From NCBI GenBank assembly GCA_963707635.1, contig OY970173.1, positions 960,001-1,024,000 of the forward strand: DNA of 64,000 bases. The letters are read 5' to 3'. Origin of the DNA: Candidatus Latescibacterota bacterium (GTDB lineage: Bacteria; Krumholzibacteriota; Krumholzibacteriia; WVZY01; JAKEHA01). Positions 10,129 through 21,392 of this stretch are shown here, piece after piece. A program made the position numbers and the translations under genes. The notes under the pieces are model-generated. The model did no database searches, was not told where the DNA came from, and was given only the letters and a program-made list of their open reading frames with translations. Position 1 is the stretch's first letter. Every line of letters begins with the position of its first letter.

Positions 10129-10626
10129 ATGACCTTATCGCAGGGATTCCGGCGTCTGGATCGCACTCGAAGACTCGAGTTGGTCTTCGGGGTCATCCTT
10201 CCCGGCGTCCTCTTCGGCCCCTTTCTGTGCTTCGCCCTCGTGGGCATGCTGCTGACCGTGGCGACCAGCAAGACGCCGGTGCCGGGTTCCACGCTCCAAT
10301 TCATGGGCATTGTGGCGGCGATGATCGTGGGCGGCGCGTCGGCGCTCCTGGCACTCGGGTCGGCGGTGTTGCTGGATCCCGAGACGATCCAGCGCCGGAG
10401 GGGGCTCCGGGTCGGCATCGTCGCGGCTCTGCTGGGTGGAATCGGTGTCGCCGGCTACGCGCTGTGGGCGCAGCGCTCGAGTCTCGCGTGGTCGCTGAAG
10501 AGTCCCGGGGGGGCGGGCGCGCTCTGGATTCTGCTCCCCGGGCTCGTCGCGCTCGCAGGCCCGATGGTCATCGCGTTTCGCCGGCTGCCGGCGCTCATGG
10601 GCATGCGCCGGGCGCCGACGGTGTGA
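10129..10626 (+). CDS. Hypothetical membrane protein (about 4 TM helices)
   Basis: Four hydrophobic segments; fills the gap between the divergent genes. Confidence 0.6.
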   Translation: MTLSQGFRRLDRTRRLELVFGVILPGVLFGPFLCFALVGMLLTVATSKTPVPGSTLQFMGIVAAMIVGGASALLALGSAVLLDPETIQRRRGLRVGIVAALLGGIGVAGYALWAQRSSLAWSLKSPGGAGALWILLPGLVALAGPMVIAFRRLPALMGMRRAPTV

Positions 10627-10638
10627 TAAAGTCCCTCC

Positions 10639-11673
10639 ATGCTCCACATCCCGCGCCGCGCAGATTGGACCATGATCGCGTGCGCGCTGATGCTCGCGTG
10701 CTCGCGCGAGGGCAAGGCGCCGGCGAACGAGACCGCGAGGAGCGCCCCGCACGAGCTCGCGCCCGAGGGCATGGTGTGGATTCCCGGCGGCGAGTTCACG
10801 ATGGGCTCGAACGACCCCGCGTTTCGCGACGCGCAGCCCGTGCACCGGGTCCGCGTGCATCCATTCTGGATGGACGCGACCGAAGTCACCAACGCGGAGT
10901 ACGACGCCTTCGTCAAGGCGACCGGCTACGTGACCGTGGCCGAGCGCACGCCGCGCGCGGAGGATTTCCCCGGCGCGCCGCCCGAGAATCTGGTCGCGGG
11001 CTCGGTGGTGTTCTCTCCGCCGGATCACGAGGTGGCGCTGGACAACCACTATCAATGGTGGGGCTATGTCCACGGCGCGAACTGGCGGCACCCCGAAGGC
11101 CCCGAGAGCAACCTGGACGGGCGCATGGAGCACCCGGTCGTCCACATTGCGTTCCCGGACGCGGTCGCCTACGCGCAGTGGGCGGGCAAGCGGCTCCCGA
11201 CCGAAGCGGAGTGGGAGTTCGCCGCGCGCGGCGGGCTCGACGGCAAGGAATTTGTGTGGGGCGACGAGTTCAAACCCAACGGCAAGTTCATGGCGAACAC
11301 GTTCCAGGGCGACTTCCCGGGCCATAACACCGGCGAAGACGGCTTCCTGGCGACCGCGCCCGTGCGGTCGTTTCCGGCCAACGGGTTCGGTCTCTACGAC
11401 ATGGCCGGCAACGTGTGGGAGTGGGTGTCGGACTGGTATCGTCCCGATCAGCCCGCCGTGCTGGCGGCGGCCGCCGAGGTGGTCGACAACCCCAGCGGAC
11501 CCGATACCAGCGTCGATCCGTCCGAGCCCGGCGTGTGGAAGCACGTGCACAAGGGCGGATCGTTCCTGTGCACGGACCAGTATTGCGCGCGCTACAAGCC
11601 GGGCGGGCGCGGCAAGGGCGAGCCGGACACCGGCACCAATCACCTCGGGTTCCGATGCGTGCGGGATTTGTGA
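10639..11673 (+). CDS. Formylglycine-generating enzyme (FGE/SUMF1) family lipoprotein
   Basis: Lipobox LMLAC; PGGEFTMG, RLPTEAEWEFAARGG, GLYDMAGNVWEW, KGGSFLCTDQYC, HLGFRC. Confidence 0.92.
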   Translation: MLHIPRRADWTMIACALMLACSREGKAPANETARSAPHELAPEGMVWIPGGEFTMGSNDPAFRDAQPVHRVRVHPFWMDATEVTNAEYDAFVKATGYVTVAERTPRAEDFPGAPPENLVAGSVVFSPPDHEVALDNHYQWWGYVHGANWRHPEGPESNLDGRMEHPVVHIAFPDAVAYAQWAGKRLPTEAEWEFAARGGLDGKEFVWGDEFKPNGKFMANTFQGDFPGHNTGEDGFLATAPVRSFPANGFGLYDMAGNVWEWVSDWYRPDQPAVLAAAAEVVDNPSGPDTSVDPSEPGVWKHVHKGGSFLCTDQYCARYKPGGRGKGEPDTGTNHLGFRCVRDL

Positions 11674-11707
11674 GAGCATTGCCAGGCGGACACGTTTCCA
11701 GCCGCTC

Positions 11708-12388
11708 GTGAAACTAATCCTCTTCGACATCGACGGCACCCTCGTCGACTGCGGCGGGCAGGCGCGGCGCGCCTTCGCGACCGCGCTCATCGAAGTGGTG
11801 GGGACGGCGGGCGCGATCGACTCCTACGATTTTTCCGGCAAGCTCGACCCGCGCATCGTGCTCGATTTGCTCACGGGTGCGGGGTTGTCGCGCGACGAGG
11901 CGCTCGCGCGGCTTTCGGACGTTCGTCACGCCTACCTGGCGCGGCTCGAGGAGACGCTGCTCGTGGATCGAATGCGGCTCCTGCCCGGGGTCGGTGAGTT
12001 GCTCGACCGGCTCGCCGCGCGCGACGACATCGCGCTGGGGCTCCTCACCGGGAACTGGGAGAGCGGCGGGCGCATCAAGCTCTCCCGCTTCGACCTCAAT
12101 CGCTACTTCGCCTTCGGCGGTTTCGGCGACGACGCGCTCGACCGGCTCGACCTCCCGCCGGTCGCGCTCGAACGGGCGCACGCAACCGTCGGCCGCCGCT
12201 TCGCGCCTGAGGAGACGGTCATCGTCGGAGACTCGCTGCTGGATGTCGCGTGCGCGAAGGCGCACGGAATACGGGTCCTGGCGGTAGCGACCGGGCGGAC
12301 TTCCCGAGGTCTGCTCGCGCAGACCGCCCCGGACTGGGTGGAAGACGATTTGAGCACGGCGGGCGGCCACCCGGCCTTCGGTGCGTGA
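11708..12388 (+). CDS. HAD-superfamily hydrolase
   Basis: Starts at GTG 11708 with KLILFDIDGTL; LLTGN, GGFGDD, IVGDSLLD. Confidence 0.9.
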   Translation: MKLILFDIDGTLVDCGGQARRAFATALIEVVGTAGAIDSYDFSGKLDPRIVLDLLTGAGLSRDEALARLSDVRHAYLARLEETLLVDRMRLLPGVGELLDRLAARDDIALGLLTGNWESGGRIKLSRFDLNRYFAFGGFGDDALDRLDLPPVALERAHATVGRRFAPEETVIVGDSLLDVACAKAHGIRVLAVATGRTSRGLLAQTAPDWVEDDLSTAGGHPAFGA

Positions 12389-12399
12389 CAAGAAACGAC

Positions 12400-12428
12400 T
12401 TGCATTGGCCGCCGGGGGAGGCTACTAT
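12400..12428 (+). promoter_or_regulatory. Sigma70-type promoter of the pyr operon
   Basis: TTGCAT-17 nt-TACTAT immediately upstream of the PyrR-binding leader. Confidence 0.65.
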
Positions 12429-12440
12429 GCTTCGAGCAGA

Positions 12441-14110
<1,670 letters not shown>

Positions 14111-14127
14111 ACAGGCGAGAAGCGCGA

Positions 14128-14221
14128 GCAACCTTGTGCACTCCCTCGGGAGACAATCCGCAGTCGCGCATACCAACGTTGTGCGCGGGAGGACGTCGAC
14201 CGAGGGAGTGCACAAGGTTGC
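14128..14221 (+). repeat. Structured intergenic repeat family A, copy 1
   Basis: Perfect 22-bp inverted repeat enclosing CAATCCGCAGTCGCGCA-TACCAACGTTG-TGCGCGGGAGGACG. Confidence 0.85.
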
Positions 14222-14236
14222 CCACGCCGAGGTGCT

Positions 14237-15556
14237 ATGCTAAAACTCAACCAACTCACGCATCGTTCCTACATCATCGACAACGTCACCGTCGTCGATC
14301 CGAAGAAGAGTACGAGCTACCCGGGCCACGTCGTGGTAGTCGAGGGCAAGATCGAAGGCGTCGAGCGCGGGCGTGCGAAAGAGGCGTCGCTGCCGATCTA
14401 CGACGGGGAGGGACTCCACCTCGCACCCGGCTTCGTCGACATCCACGTCCACCTGCGCGAGCCTGGCGCCGAATACAAGGAAACCATCGCCACCGGCACC
14501 GCGGCCGCCGTCGCGGGCGGGGTCACGTCGGTGGCGTGCATGCCCAACACCAACCCGGCCATCGACGACCGCAGCGTGGTCGAGTTCATTTTGAAACAGG
14601 CCCGGAGCGTCGGACTCGCGAAGGTGTATCCCATCGCGGCGGCGACGATGGGACGCAAGGGCGAGATCCTCTCCGAATATTATGAGCTGGTCGGGGCGGG
14701 TGCGGTCGCGGTGACCGACGACGGCGCGCCGGTGTCGACCGCCGACATGGCGCGGCGCGTGATGGAGTACTCCGCTCCGCTGGGGATTCCATTCATCGAG
14801 CACTGCGAGGACATGACGGCCACCGGCGAAGGCGTCATGCACGAAGGCTTCTATTCCACCAAGCTCGGGCTCAAGGGCATCCCCGCGTTCAGCGAGGAAG
14901 TCTGCCTCTCGCGCGACCTCCTCATCCTGAGTTCGGTGCGGGGGGCCCGCTACCACGCCGCCCACATGTCGACGCGCGGATCGGTCGACCTGATCCGGCG
15001 CGCGAAGGATGCCGGATTGTCGGTGACGGCGGAAACGGCGCCGCACTACCTGTGCCTCACCGACGGCGACCTGGAGACGTACAACACCAACTTCAAGATC
15101 AGCCCGCCGCTTCGCGGCGAGGCGGATCGCGACGCCATGATCGAGGCGCTCAAGGACGGGACCATCGATTGCATCGCGTCCGACCACGCGCCGCACGCGG
15201 CCCACGAGAAGCAGGTCGAATTCAACGCGGCGCCCAACGGATCGGTCGGGCTCGAGACCCTGTTCCCGCTGGTGATGACGCACCTGGTGCGCCCCGGACA
15301 CTTCACACTCCCGCAGGCCCTCGGCCTCATCACCCACCGCCCGGCCGAGTGCCTGCGCATCCCGGGCGGGACGCTCGTGCGCGGCGCGGCGGCGGATCTC
15401 GTGCTCTTCGACCCGGAGGAGGCGTGGACCGTCCGCCCCGAGGGTCTCCATTCCAAGTCCAAGAACTCCGCGTTCCTCGGCCGCACCGTGTACGGGCGCG
15501 TGCGGCACACGCTCGTCGACGGGGTGAACGTGAGCGCGACGCTGATCGGCGCGTAG
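14237..15556 (+). CDS. pyrC: Dihydroorotase (type I)
   Basis: PGFVDIHVHLREPG, CMPNTNP, ETAPHYL, ASDHAPH. Confidence 0.95.
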   Translation: MLKLNQLTHRSYIIDNVTVVDPKKSTSYPGHVVVVEGKIEGVERGRAKEASLPIYDGEGLHLAPGFVDIHVHLREPGAEYKETIATGTAAAVAGGVTSVACMPNTNPAIDDRSVVEFILKQARSVGLAKVYPIAAATMGRKGEILSEYYELVGAGAVAVTDDGAPVSTADMARRVMEYSAPLGIPFIEHCEDMTATGEGVMHEGFYSTKLGLKGIPAFSEEVCLSRDLLILSSVRGARYHAAHMSTRGSVDLIRRAKDAGLSVTAETAPHYLCLTDGDLETYNTNFKISPPLRGEADRDAMIEALKDGTIDCIASDHAPHAAHEKQVEFNAAPNGSVGLETLFPLVMTHLVRPGHFTLPQALGLITHRPAECLRIPGGTLVRGAAADLVLFDPEEAWTVRPEGLHSKSKNSAFLGRTVYGRVRHTLVDGVNVSATLIGA

Positions 15557-15557
15557 C

Positions 15558-17156
15558 ATGGACTGGCGGCGGGCATTCCGGTGGACAACGGTCGCGGGGA
15601 TGGCGGGGGCGCTCGCGCTCACGGGCTGCGCGTACTTCAACACCCTCTACAACGCCAAGGAGAAGTACGACGGAGCGGAAAAAGCGAGCAAGTCGCGCGA
15701 GGCGGCTGAGCAGCGCGCCTCCGGCGGACAGGCGGGCAACACGGGTTCGACCGTCAATGCCCAGGCGGCACAATACGAATCCGTCATCGAGAAATGCACG
15801 AACGTGATCGCGCGCTATCCCGACAGCCGCCACGTCGACGACGCGATGCTCCTGATCGCGAAGTCGCTCTATAGGCTCGAGCGCTACGACGAAGCCGCCG
15901 CCGCGCTGGATTCGCTCGAAACCCGTTATCCGAAGACGAATCTCCTCGCGGACGCCCGTTTCCTCAAAGGCAAGTCGCTCGAAGCGGCGGAGCACTACGA
16001 CGTGGCGGCCACCGTGCTGTCGGATTTCGTCGATCGCCATCGCAAGCACCACGATCGTCCGGAAGCGCTCTATCTCCTGTGCATGTGCCAGATGCAACTC
16101 GGCTTGAGCGACAATGCGGTGGCGACGCTGCACCGTCTGGAGAAGGATCACAGCCGCTCGAACTATCGATTCAAGGCGCAGACAGACATGGCGGAAATCC
16201 TGGCCGACAAGGAGCTCTACGACCAGAGCCTGGCGGTCTACCGCAGCTTGAGCGAGGCGCGCATTCCCGCGAACGTTCGCTTCGACGTGTGGGTGGGTAT
16301 GGCGGGCGTTCAGGTGGAAGTGGGGGATTACCCGGGCGCGCTCGCGACCGTCGCCCGGTTGAAGACGCTGAAGATCACTGTCGAACAGGAACCCGTTGTG
16401 CTGCTATTGAGCGCGCGCGCGAATGCCGGCGCCGGCAACACCGAGCAAGCGATGCGCGAGTACAAGGACATCGCGAAGCGGTTCGCGCGCGGCACCTACG
16501 GCGCGGAGGCGAACTTCCGCCTGGGCGAGATGAGCGAGGCGACGGACAGCCTCGTGGCTGCGCAGCGGTACTATCAGGAAGTGCCCAATGCGTACTCCGG
16601 CTCCGAGTTCGCGGAAGAGGCCATCCGGCGCAGTTCCGACATCGGGCGCGTGCTCCTGATCCAGCAGACCTCCGGCGACGACAGCCCGGAGGCGGTGGCG
16701 CTCCGGACCTTTGCGATGGCGGAAGTGCAGCTCTTCCAGTTCAACAACACCGAGAAGGCAATCCCCAACTACGAGAAGATCGTCAACGAATTCGGGGAGA
16801 GCGAGTACGCGCCCAAGGCCGTGTACGCGCTGGGCTACATCTACGGCGTCATCCTCGCCGACTCGGTGAAGGCGAGAGAGTGGTACGAAGTGCTGCGCAC
16901 GCGCTATCCGGACAGCCAGCAGGCGCTGCTCGCGTACGGGTTCTACAAGGGCGCGTCGCCGCCGCCGCCGCTCTCCGACATGGCGCGCTTCGCGAAGCCG
17001 AAGGCGAGCCCGCCGCCCGCGGTGCCCGCCACGCACCCCGTCGGGGCGCCGCCGGGCATCCACCCACCGGCGCCTCCGCCGGCGCCGGTGCTGCCGGATT
17101 CGCTCCACGACCCCGAGGACCTGCTCCAACCCGCGCCGAAGGACTCATCGGGATGA
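15558..17156 (+). CDS. TPR-repeat lipoprotein (BamD/YfiO-like) with Pro-rich tail
   Basis: Lipobox LTGC then AYFNTLYNA; repeated YPDS/YPKT TPR turns; Pro-rich C-terminus. Confidence 0.8.
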   Translation: MDWRRAFRWTTVAGMAGALALTGCAYFNTLYNAKEKYDGAEKASKSREAAEQRASGGQAGNTGSTVNAQAAQYESVIEKCTNVIARYPDSRHVDDAMLLIAKSLYRLERYDEAAAALDSLETRYPKTNLLADARFLKGKSLEAAEHYDVAATVLSDFVDRHRKHHDRPEALYLLCMCQMQLGLSDNAVATLHRLEKDHSRSNYRFKAQTDMAEILADKELYDQSLAVYRSLSEARIPANVRFDVWVGMAGVQVEVGDYPGALATVARLKTLKITVEQEPVVLLLSARANAGAGNTEQAMREYKDIAKRFARGTYGAEANFRLGEMSEATDSLVAAQRYYQEVPNAYSGSEFAEEAIRRSSDIGRVLLIQQTSGDDSPEAVALRTFAMAEVQLFQFNNTEKAIPNYEKIVNEFGESEYAPKAVYALGYIYGVILADSVKAREWYEVLRTRYPDSQQALLAYGFYKGASPPPPLSDMARFAKPKASPPPAVPATHPVGAPPGIHPPAPPPAPVLPDSLHDPEDLLQPAPKDSSG

Positions 17157-18007
17157 GCGCGCACCAACACGCGGCGGGAAGCGCCTACTCGTTCACGCCT
17201 TCGAACGCGCACGAGCACACCGGCGCCGTGCTGGCCAATGTTTCCTTGAGCCGCCGGTACTTTCTCCTGCGAATCGCACGACCCGCGCATTTCGTCGAGC
17301 CCGCCGCGGGTCAATTCGTGCACGTCGCCGTCCCGCCCGTCGACGGGGACGGGCGGTTCTTTCTCCGGCGGCCGTTCTCGCTCCACGACTGCACGCGGGA
17401 TTCCCTCGAGCTGGTCATCGTCGAAGTCGGGCCCGGCTCGCAGGCTCTGCGGCGTCTCTCACCCGGCAGCCACCTCTGCTTCTATGGCCCGCTCGGGACC
17501 CCCTACCCGCTGCTGCCGGGCAAGCGCGTGCTCGCGATCGGCGGGGGAGTGGGGCTCGCGCCGCTCTATTACTATGGATTCCGCGCGCCCGGCCGGATCG
17601 GCGATGGCTACCGGCTGCTCTATGGCGCGCGTACGAAGGAAGACTTGTTTCTCGAGCACGTGCCGCTCGAGCAAGGCGGCGTTCTGCTGTCGACCGACGA
17701 CGGCAGTTACGGGTTCAAAGGCAACGTCGTCCAGCTCGCGTCCCGCGAGCTGGACCGGAGCCCCGCCGACGCGATCTTCTCGTGCGGTCCCACTGTAATG
17801 ATGAAAGCGGCGCAGCGACTCGCGGACGAGCGCGGACTCCCGCACTACGCGTCGCTCGAGAACCGCATGGGCTGCGCGCTCGGCGCGTGCCGCTCGTGCG
17901 TCGTGCCGACCCGGCTCGACGGCGCGAGCCCGTATCGGACCGTGTGCCACGACGGCCCCGTGTTCGACGGGAGCGTGCTGGTGTGGGACGAGCTGCCGGT
18001 GCCGTGA
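17153..18007 (+). CDS. pyrK: Dihydroorotate dehydrogenase electron transfer subunit
   Basis: LRRPFS, GGGVGLAP, CGPTVMM, 2Fe-2S motif MGCALGACRSC..VCHDGPVF. Confidence 0.92.
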   Translation: MSAHQHAAGSAYSFTPSNAHEHTGAVLANVSLSRRYFLLRIARPAHFVEPAAGQFVHVAVPPVDGDGRFFLRRPFSLHDCTRDSLELVIVEVGPGSQALRRLSPGSHLCFYGPLGTPYPLLPGKRVLAIGGGVGLAPLYYYGFRAPGRIGDGYRLLYGARTKEDLFLEHVPLEQGGVLLSTDDGSYGFKGNVVQLASRELDRSPADAIFSCGPTVMMKAAQRLADERGLPHYASLENRMGCALGACRSCVVPTRLDGASPYRTVCHDGPVFDGSVLVWDELPVP

Positions 18008-18018
18008 GGCGAGTGAGA

Positions 18019-18951
18019 ATGGCGCGCGCACACGATATCAGCGTTCAGATCGGACCGGTTCGGTTCAAGAACCCGGTCTTCATCGCGTCGGGGATCTGCG
18101 GCTACGCCGAAGAGTACTCGCCGCTGGTGAACCTTTCGCGCCTGGGCGGAGTGGTGACGAAGACCATCACCATGCTCCCGCGCCAGGGCAACCTGCCGCC
18201 GCGCATCCACGAGCTGCCGCACGGCATGCTCAATTCGATCGGCCTCGAGAACGTGGGTCTCGACCTCTATCTAACGGAGAAACTCCCGCAGCTGAATCAG
18301 CGCCCCGACGTCGGGGTGATGGTGAGCGTCGCCGCCGAAACCGAAGCCGAGTTCATCCGCCTCGCGGAGGCGTTCGCCGCGCGCGAGGGTTACGCCGGCC
18401 TGGAACTCAATCTCTCCTGCCCCAACGTCGCCGGCGAGGCGCTGGACCAGGGGCGCAACCCCCAGCTCGTCGAGCGCATCACGCGCATCGTCAAGGATCG
18501 CATTCCAAAGAAATCACTGTGGGTGAAAGTCACGCCCAACATCACCGACGTCGGCCTCGTCGCGCGCGCGGCGGAGCAGGGCGGCGCCGACGCGGTCGCC
18601 GCCATCAACACGCTGGTCGGAATCGACTTCGATCTGGAGACCGGCAAGCCCGTGTTCGCGCGCGGCAGCGCGGGTTACTCCGGTCCGGCCATTCTCCCCA
18701 TCGCGCTGCAGAAAGTGTGGGAGTGCGCGAAGGCGGTCTCGATCCCAATCGTCGGCATCGGCGGCATCATGACCATCGATGATGCGCGCAAGTTCTTCCT
18801 CGCCGGCGCGACCGCGATCCAGGTGGGGACGGCGCTCTACGCGGATCCGGGCCTGCCGGAGCGGATCATCGACGCGTTGGAAGCGCACCCGGAGTGGATC
18901 ACGGCGCGAGCGCGGCAGGCGTCGCCGCGGTCCGACGCCGCTCCGGCTTGA
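18019..18951 (+). CDS. pyrD: Dihydroorotate dehydrogenase family 1B catalytic subunit
   Basis: KNPVFIASG, MLNSIGLEN, LELNLSCPNV, INTL, IVGIGGI. Confidence 0.95.
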   Translation: MARAHDISVQIGPVRFKNPVFIASGICGYAEEYSPLVNLSRLGGVVTKTITMLPRQGNLPPRIHELPHGMLNSIGLENVGLDLYLTEKLPQLNQRPDVGVMVSVAAETEAEFIRLAEAFAAREGYAGLELNLSCPNVAGEALDQGRNPQLVERITRIVKDRIPKKSLWVKVTPNITDVGLVARAAEQGGADAVAAINTLVGIDFDLETGKPVFARGSAGYSGPAILPIALQKVWECAKAVSIPIVGIGGIMTIDDARKFFLAGATAIQVGTALYADPGLPERIIDALEAHPEWITARARQASPRSDAAPA

Positions 18952-19040
18952 CTCCATGTCATTCCGGCGGTTAGACTGCCTCGATCTCTCCGACCCGAAC
19001 TCCCCACAAAAGGAGTGTTTCGAATGACAGGGAGAAACCC

Positions 19041-20546
19041 ATGAGCGGCGGTCCTGCCCGATCTGAATCGGCCCCGGTTCCGGAGTTCACGCAGGTTCTC
19101 GGCCATCCGCGTCCGCTGTGGATGCTGTTCATGACCGAGTTCTGGGAGCGCTTCGCGTTCTACGGCATGCGCTGGGCGCTGACGCTCTACATCGTCGCGC
19201 AGTTCCACGGCGGCGATGCCTCGGGCGAGGCGCCGGCCAGCCGGATCTACGGCGCCTATCTCGCGCTGGTCTATGCGACGGCGATCTTCGGCGGCTACGT
19301 GGCCGACCGCATCATCGGCTATCAGCGCTCGATTCTGCTCGGCGCGGTGATCATGGCGACGGGCCTGTTCATGATCACGGTGCCCAACGAGCAGATCTTC
19401 AAGCTGGGCCTGGCCACCATCATCGCCGGCAACGGCCTCTTCAAGCCGAACATCTCGACCATGGTCGGCAAGCTCTACGGGGTCGGCGATCCGCGTCGCG
19501 ACTCGGGCTTCACCATCTTCTACATGGGGATCAACGCGGGCGCGTTCATCGCGCCGATCCTGACCGGGTGGCTCGCCGGCCGTGTGTTCGGCAGCGAGGA
19601 CATGCCGACCTACAAGGTGGTGTTCTTCACCACCGGCATCGGCATGTTGATCAGCCTGGTGTGGTTCTGGATCGGACGCCGCCAGCTCGGCACCGTCGGC
19701 CGGCCGCAGGAAGGCGGCGCCCAAAACCGCGCGCGCGTGCTGTACGTGGGACTCTGCGCGCTGGTCGCGATCCCGGTGATCTTCTTCCTGCTCACCATGG
19801 ACGCCGGCATACTGGCGTGGGTGCTGGGCGCCTTGTTCATCGGCCTGTGCGCCATGATCATGATCGAGGGCGTCCGCGAGGGAGCGGTGGCGCGCGACCG
19901 CGCGATCGCGATGCTCATCATCTTCGTCTTCAACATCATGTTCTGGATGTTCTTCGAGCAGGCCGGCAGCTCGTTCAACTTCCTCGCCGAGAAGATCGTC
20001 AATCGCGACTTCGGCGGCTGGATCTTCCCGGTCGCCTGGTTCCAGTCGATCAACCCGATCGGCATCCTCGCGCTCGCGCCGGTATTCGCCTGGCTGTGGG
20101 TCAAGCTGGGCAAGCGTAAATCCTTCGATACCGCGCAAGTTCGGCCTCGGCCTCACTGCCAACGGGCTCGCCTTCCTGCTGCTGATGTTCTCGCTGTCGA
20201 AGCTGGTGAGCGCGACGGGCATGATCCCGTTCTGGACGCTTGTTCACGGTGTATCGTGATTCAGACGGTGGGCGAGCTGTGCCTGTCGCCGATCGGACTG
20301 TCGATGGTGACCAAGCTCGCGCCGGTGCGTCTGGTCGGCCTCGGCATGGGGGGCTGGTTCCTGTCCACGGGGATCGGCAACAACCTGTCGGGTATCTTCG
20401 CCAGCGGTGTCAGCGGCGAAGGCGGCATGACCACGGCATCGGCGTTGTCCGGATACACGTTCGGCTTCTGGGCCCTGGTCAGCGCCGGCGCGGTGCTGCT
20501 CCTGATCGCACCGCTGATCCAGAGACTGATGCACGGCGTGAAGTAA
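19041..20546 (+). CDS. POT/PTR-family oligopeptide:H+ symporter, with an internal out-of-frame segment at about 20118-20255
   Basis: EFWERFAFYGMR (ExxERFxYY-like), GNGLFKPNIS, FYMGINAG, GELCLSPIGLS. Confidence 0.9.
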   Translation: MSGGPARSESAPVPEFTQVLGHPRPLWMLFMTEFWERFAFYGMRWALTLYIVAQFHGGDASGEAPASRIYGAYLALVYATAIFGGYVADRIIGYQRSILLGAVIMATGLFMITVPNEQIFKLGLATIIAGNGLFKPNISTMVGKLYGVGDPRRDSGFTIFYMGINAGAFIAPILTGWLAGRVFGSEDMPTYKVVFFTTGIGMLISLVWFWIGRRQLGTVGRPQEGGAQNRARVLYVGLCALVAIPVIFFLLTMDAGILAWVLGALFIGLCAMIMIEGVREGAVARDRAIAMLIIFVFNIMFWMFFEQAGSSFNFLAEKIVNRDFGGWIFPVAWFQSINPIGILALAPVFAWLWVKLGKRKSFDTAQVRPRPHCQRARLPAADVLAVEAGERDGHDPVLDACSRCIVIQTVGELCLSPIGLSMVTKLAPVRLVGLGMGGWFLSTGIGNNLSGIFASGVSGEGGMTTASALSGYTFGFWALVSAGAVLLLIAPLIQRLMHGVK

Positions 20547-20583
20547 TGCCCGGACGAAGGCGGTCGCGCGAGGTAGCGATGAG

Positions 20584-21288
20584 ATGACGACCCCGCGCGA
20601 CCGCCTTATCGTTGCCCTCGACGTCGATTCTCACGCCGCCGCGTCCGCGCTGGTCGCTTCGCTTTCGCCCCACGTCGGGTGGTTCAAGATCGGCAGCGTG
20701 CTCTTCACGCGCGAAGGACCGCGCGTGTGCGCGCTGGTCAAGGACTCCGGCGCGCGCCTCTTTCTCGACCTCAAGTACCACGACATTCCGAACACCGTCG
20801 CCGGCGCCGTGCGCAACGCACTCGCGCTGGGCGCCGACATGATCACCCTCCACGCCTCGGGCGGCCCCACCATGCTGCGCGCCGCCCGCGACGCCGCCAA
20901 CGAAACCGGCCACCGCGACGTGATACTGGTCGCGGTAACAGTGCTCACCCATCTGGACGACGAGGAAATGAATGCGGTCTTCGGGGTGCAGGAACCGGTG
21001 GAAACCCGGGTGCTGGCCCTCGCACGCGTGGCGCGCGACGGTGGAATGACCGGAGTGGTGGCCTCCGCCCAGGAGCTGCCCGCGATCAAGCGCACGATGG
21101 GGAAGGACTTCGTGGTGGTGACGCCGGGGATTCGCTTACCCGACGCCAAACAGGACGACCAGACCCGCGTGGTGACACCCGAGCAAGCGATCAAAGATGG
21201 AGCCGACTATATCGTCGTCGGGCGGCCAATCATCGCGGCGAAGGATCCCGCCGCCGCGGCGCTCGAGATCTTAAAGCGGATTCGATAG
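20584..21288 (+). CDS. pyrF: Orotidine-5'-phosphate decarboxylase
   Basis: LIVALD, FLDLKYHDIPNTV, VTPGIR, VVGRPI. Confidence 0.97.
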   Translation: MTTPRDRLIVALDVDSHAAASALVASLSPHVGWFKIGSVLFTREGPRVCALVKDSGARLFLDLKYHDIPNTVAGAVRNALALGADMITLHASGGPTMLRAARDAANETGHRDVILVAVTVLTHLDDEEMNAVFGVQEPVETRVLALARVARDGGMTGVVASAQELPAIKRTMGKDFVVVTPGIRLPDAKQDDQTRVVTPEQAIKDGADYIVVGRPIIAAKDPAAAALEILKRIR

Positions 21289-21384
21289 GTGGGCGGTTCG
21301 CAGTCCCCGTGGCGCCAATCCGCAGTCGCGCATTTCAACAGAATGCGCGGGAGGACGGCGCGCAGGGGACGGCGAACCGCCCAC
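21289..21384 (+). repeat. Structured intergenic repeat family A, copy 2 (between convergent genes)
   Basis: Stem GTGGGCGGTTCGC-A-GTCCCC / GGGGAC-G-GCGAACCGCCCAC enclosing CAATCCGCAGTCGCGCA-TTTCAACAGAA-TGCGCGGGAGGACG. Confidence 0.85.
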
Positions 21385-21392
21385 GTCGGCTA

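Noticed and set aside
8925..11327. Long alternative ORFs (e.g. 8925-11327, 33276-36032, 58126-60414, 25661-27724)
   Set aside because: These are Arg/Ala/Pro-rich shadow frames overlapping well-supported genes, as expected in high-GC DNA.
14128..14221. Family-A copy as an integron attC site (AAC...GTT ends)
   Set aside because: Only this copy has such ends, the flanking genes are core pyr genes, and there is no integrase in the window.
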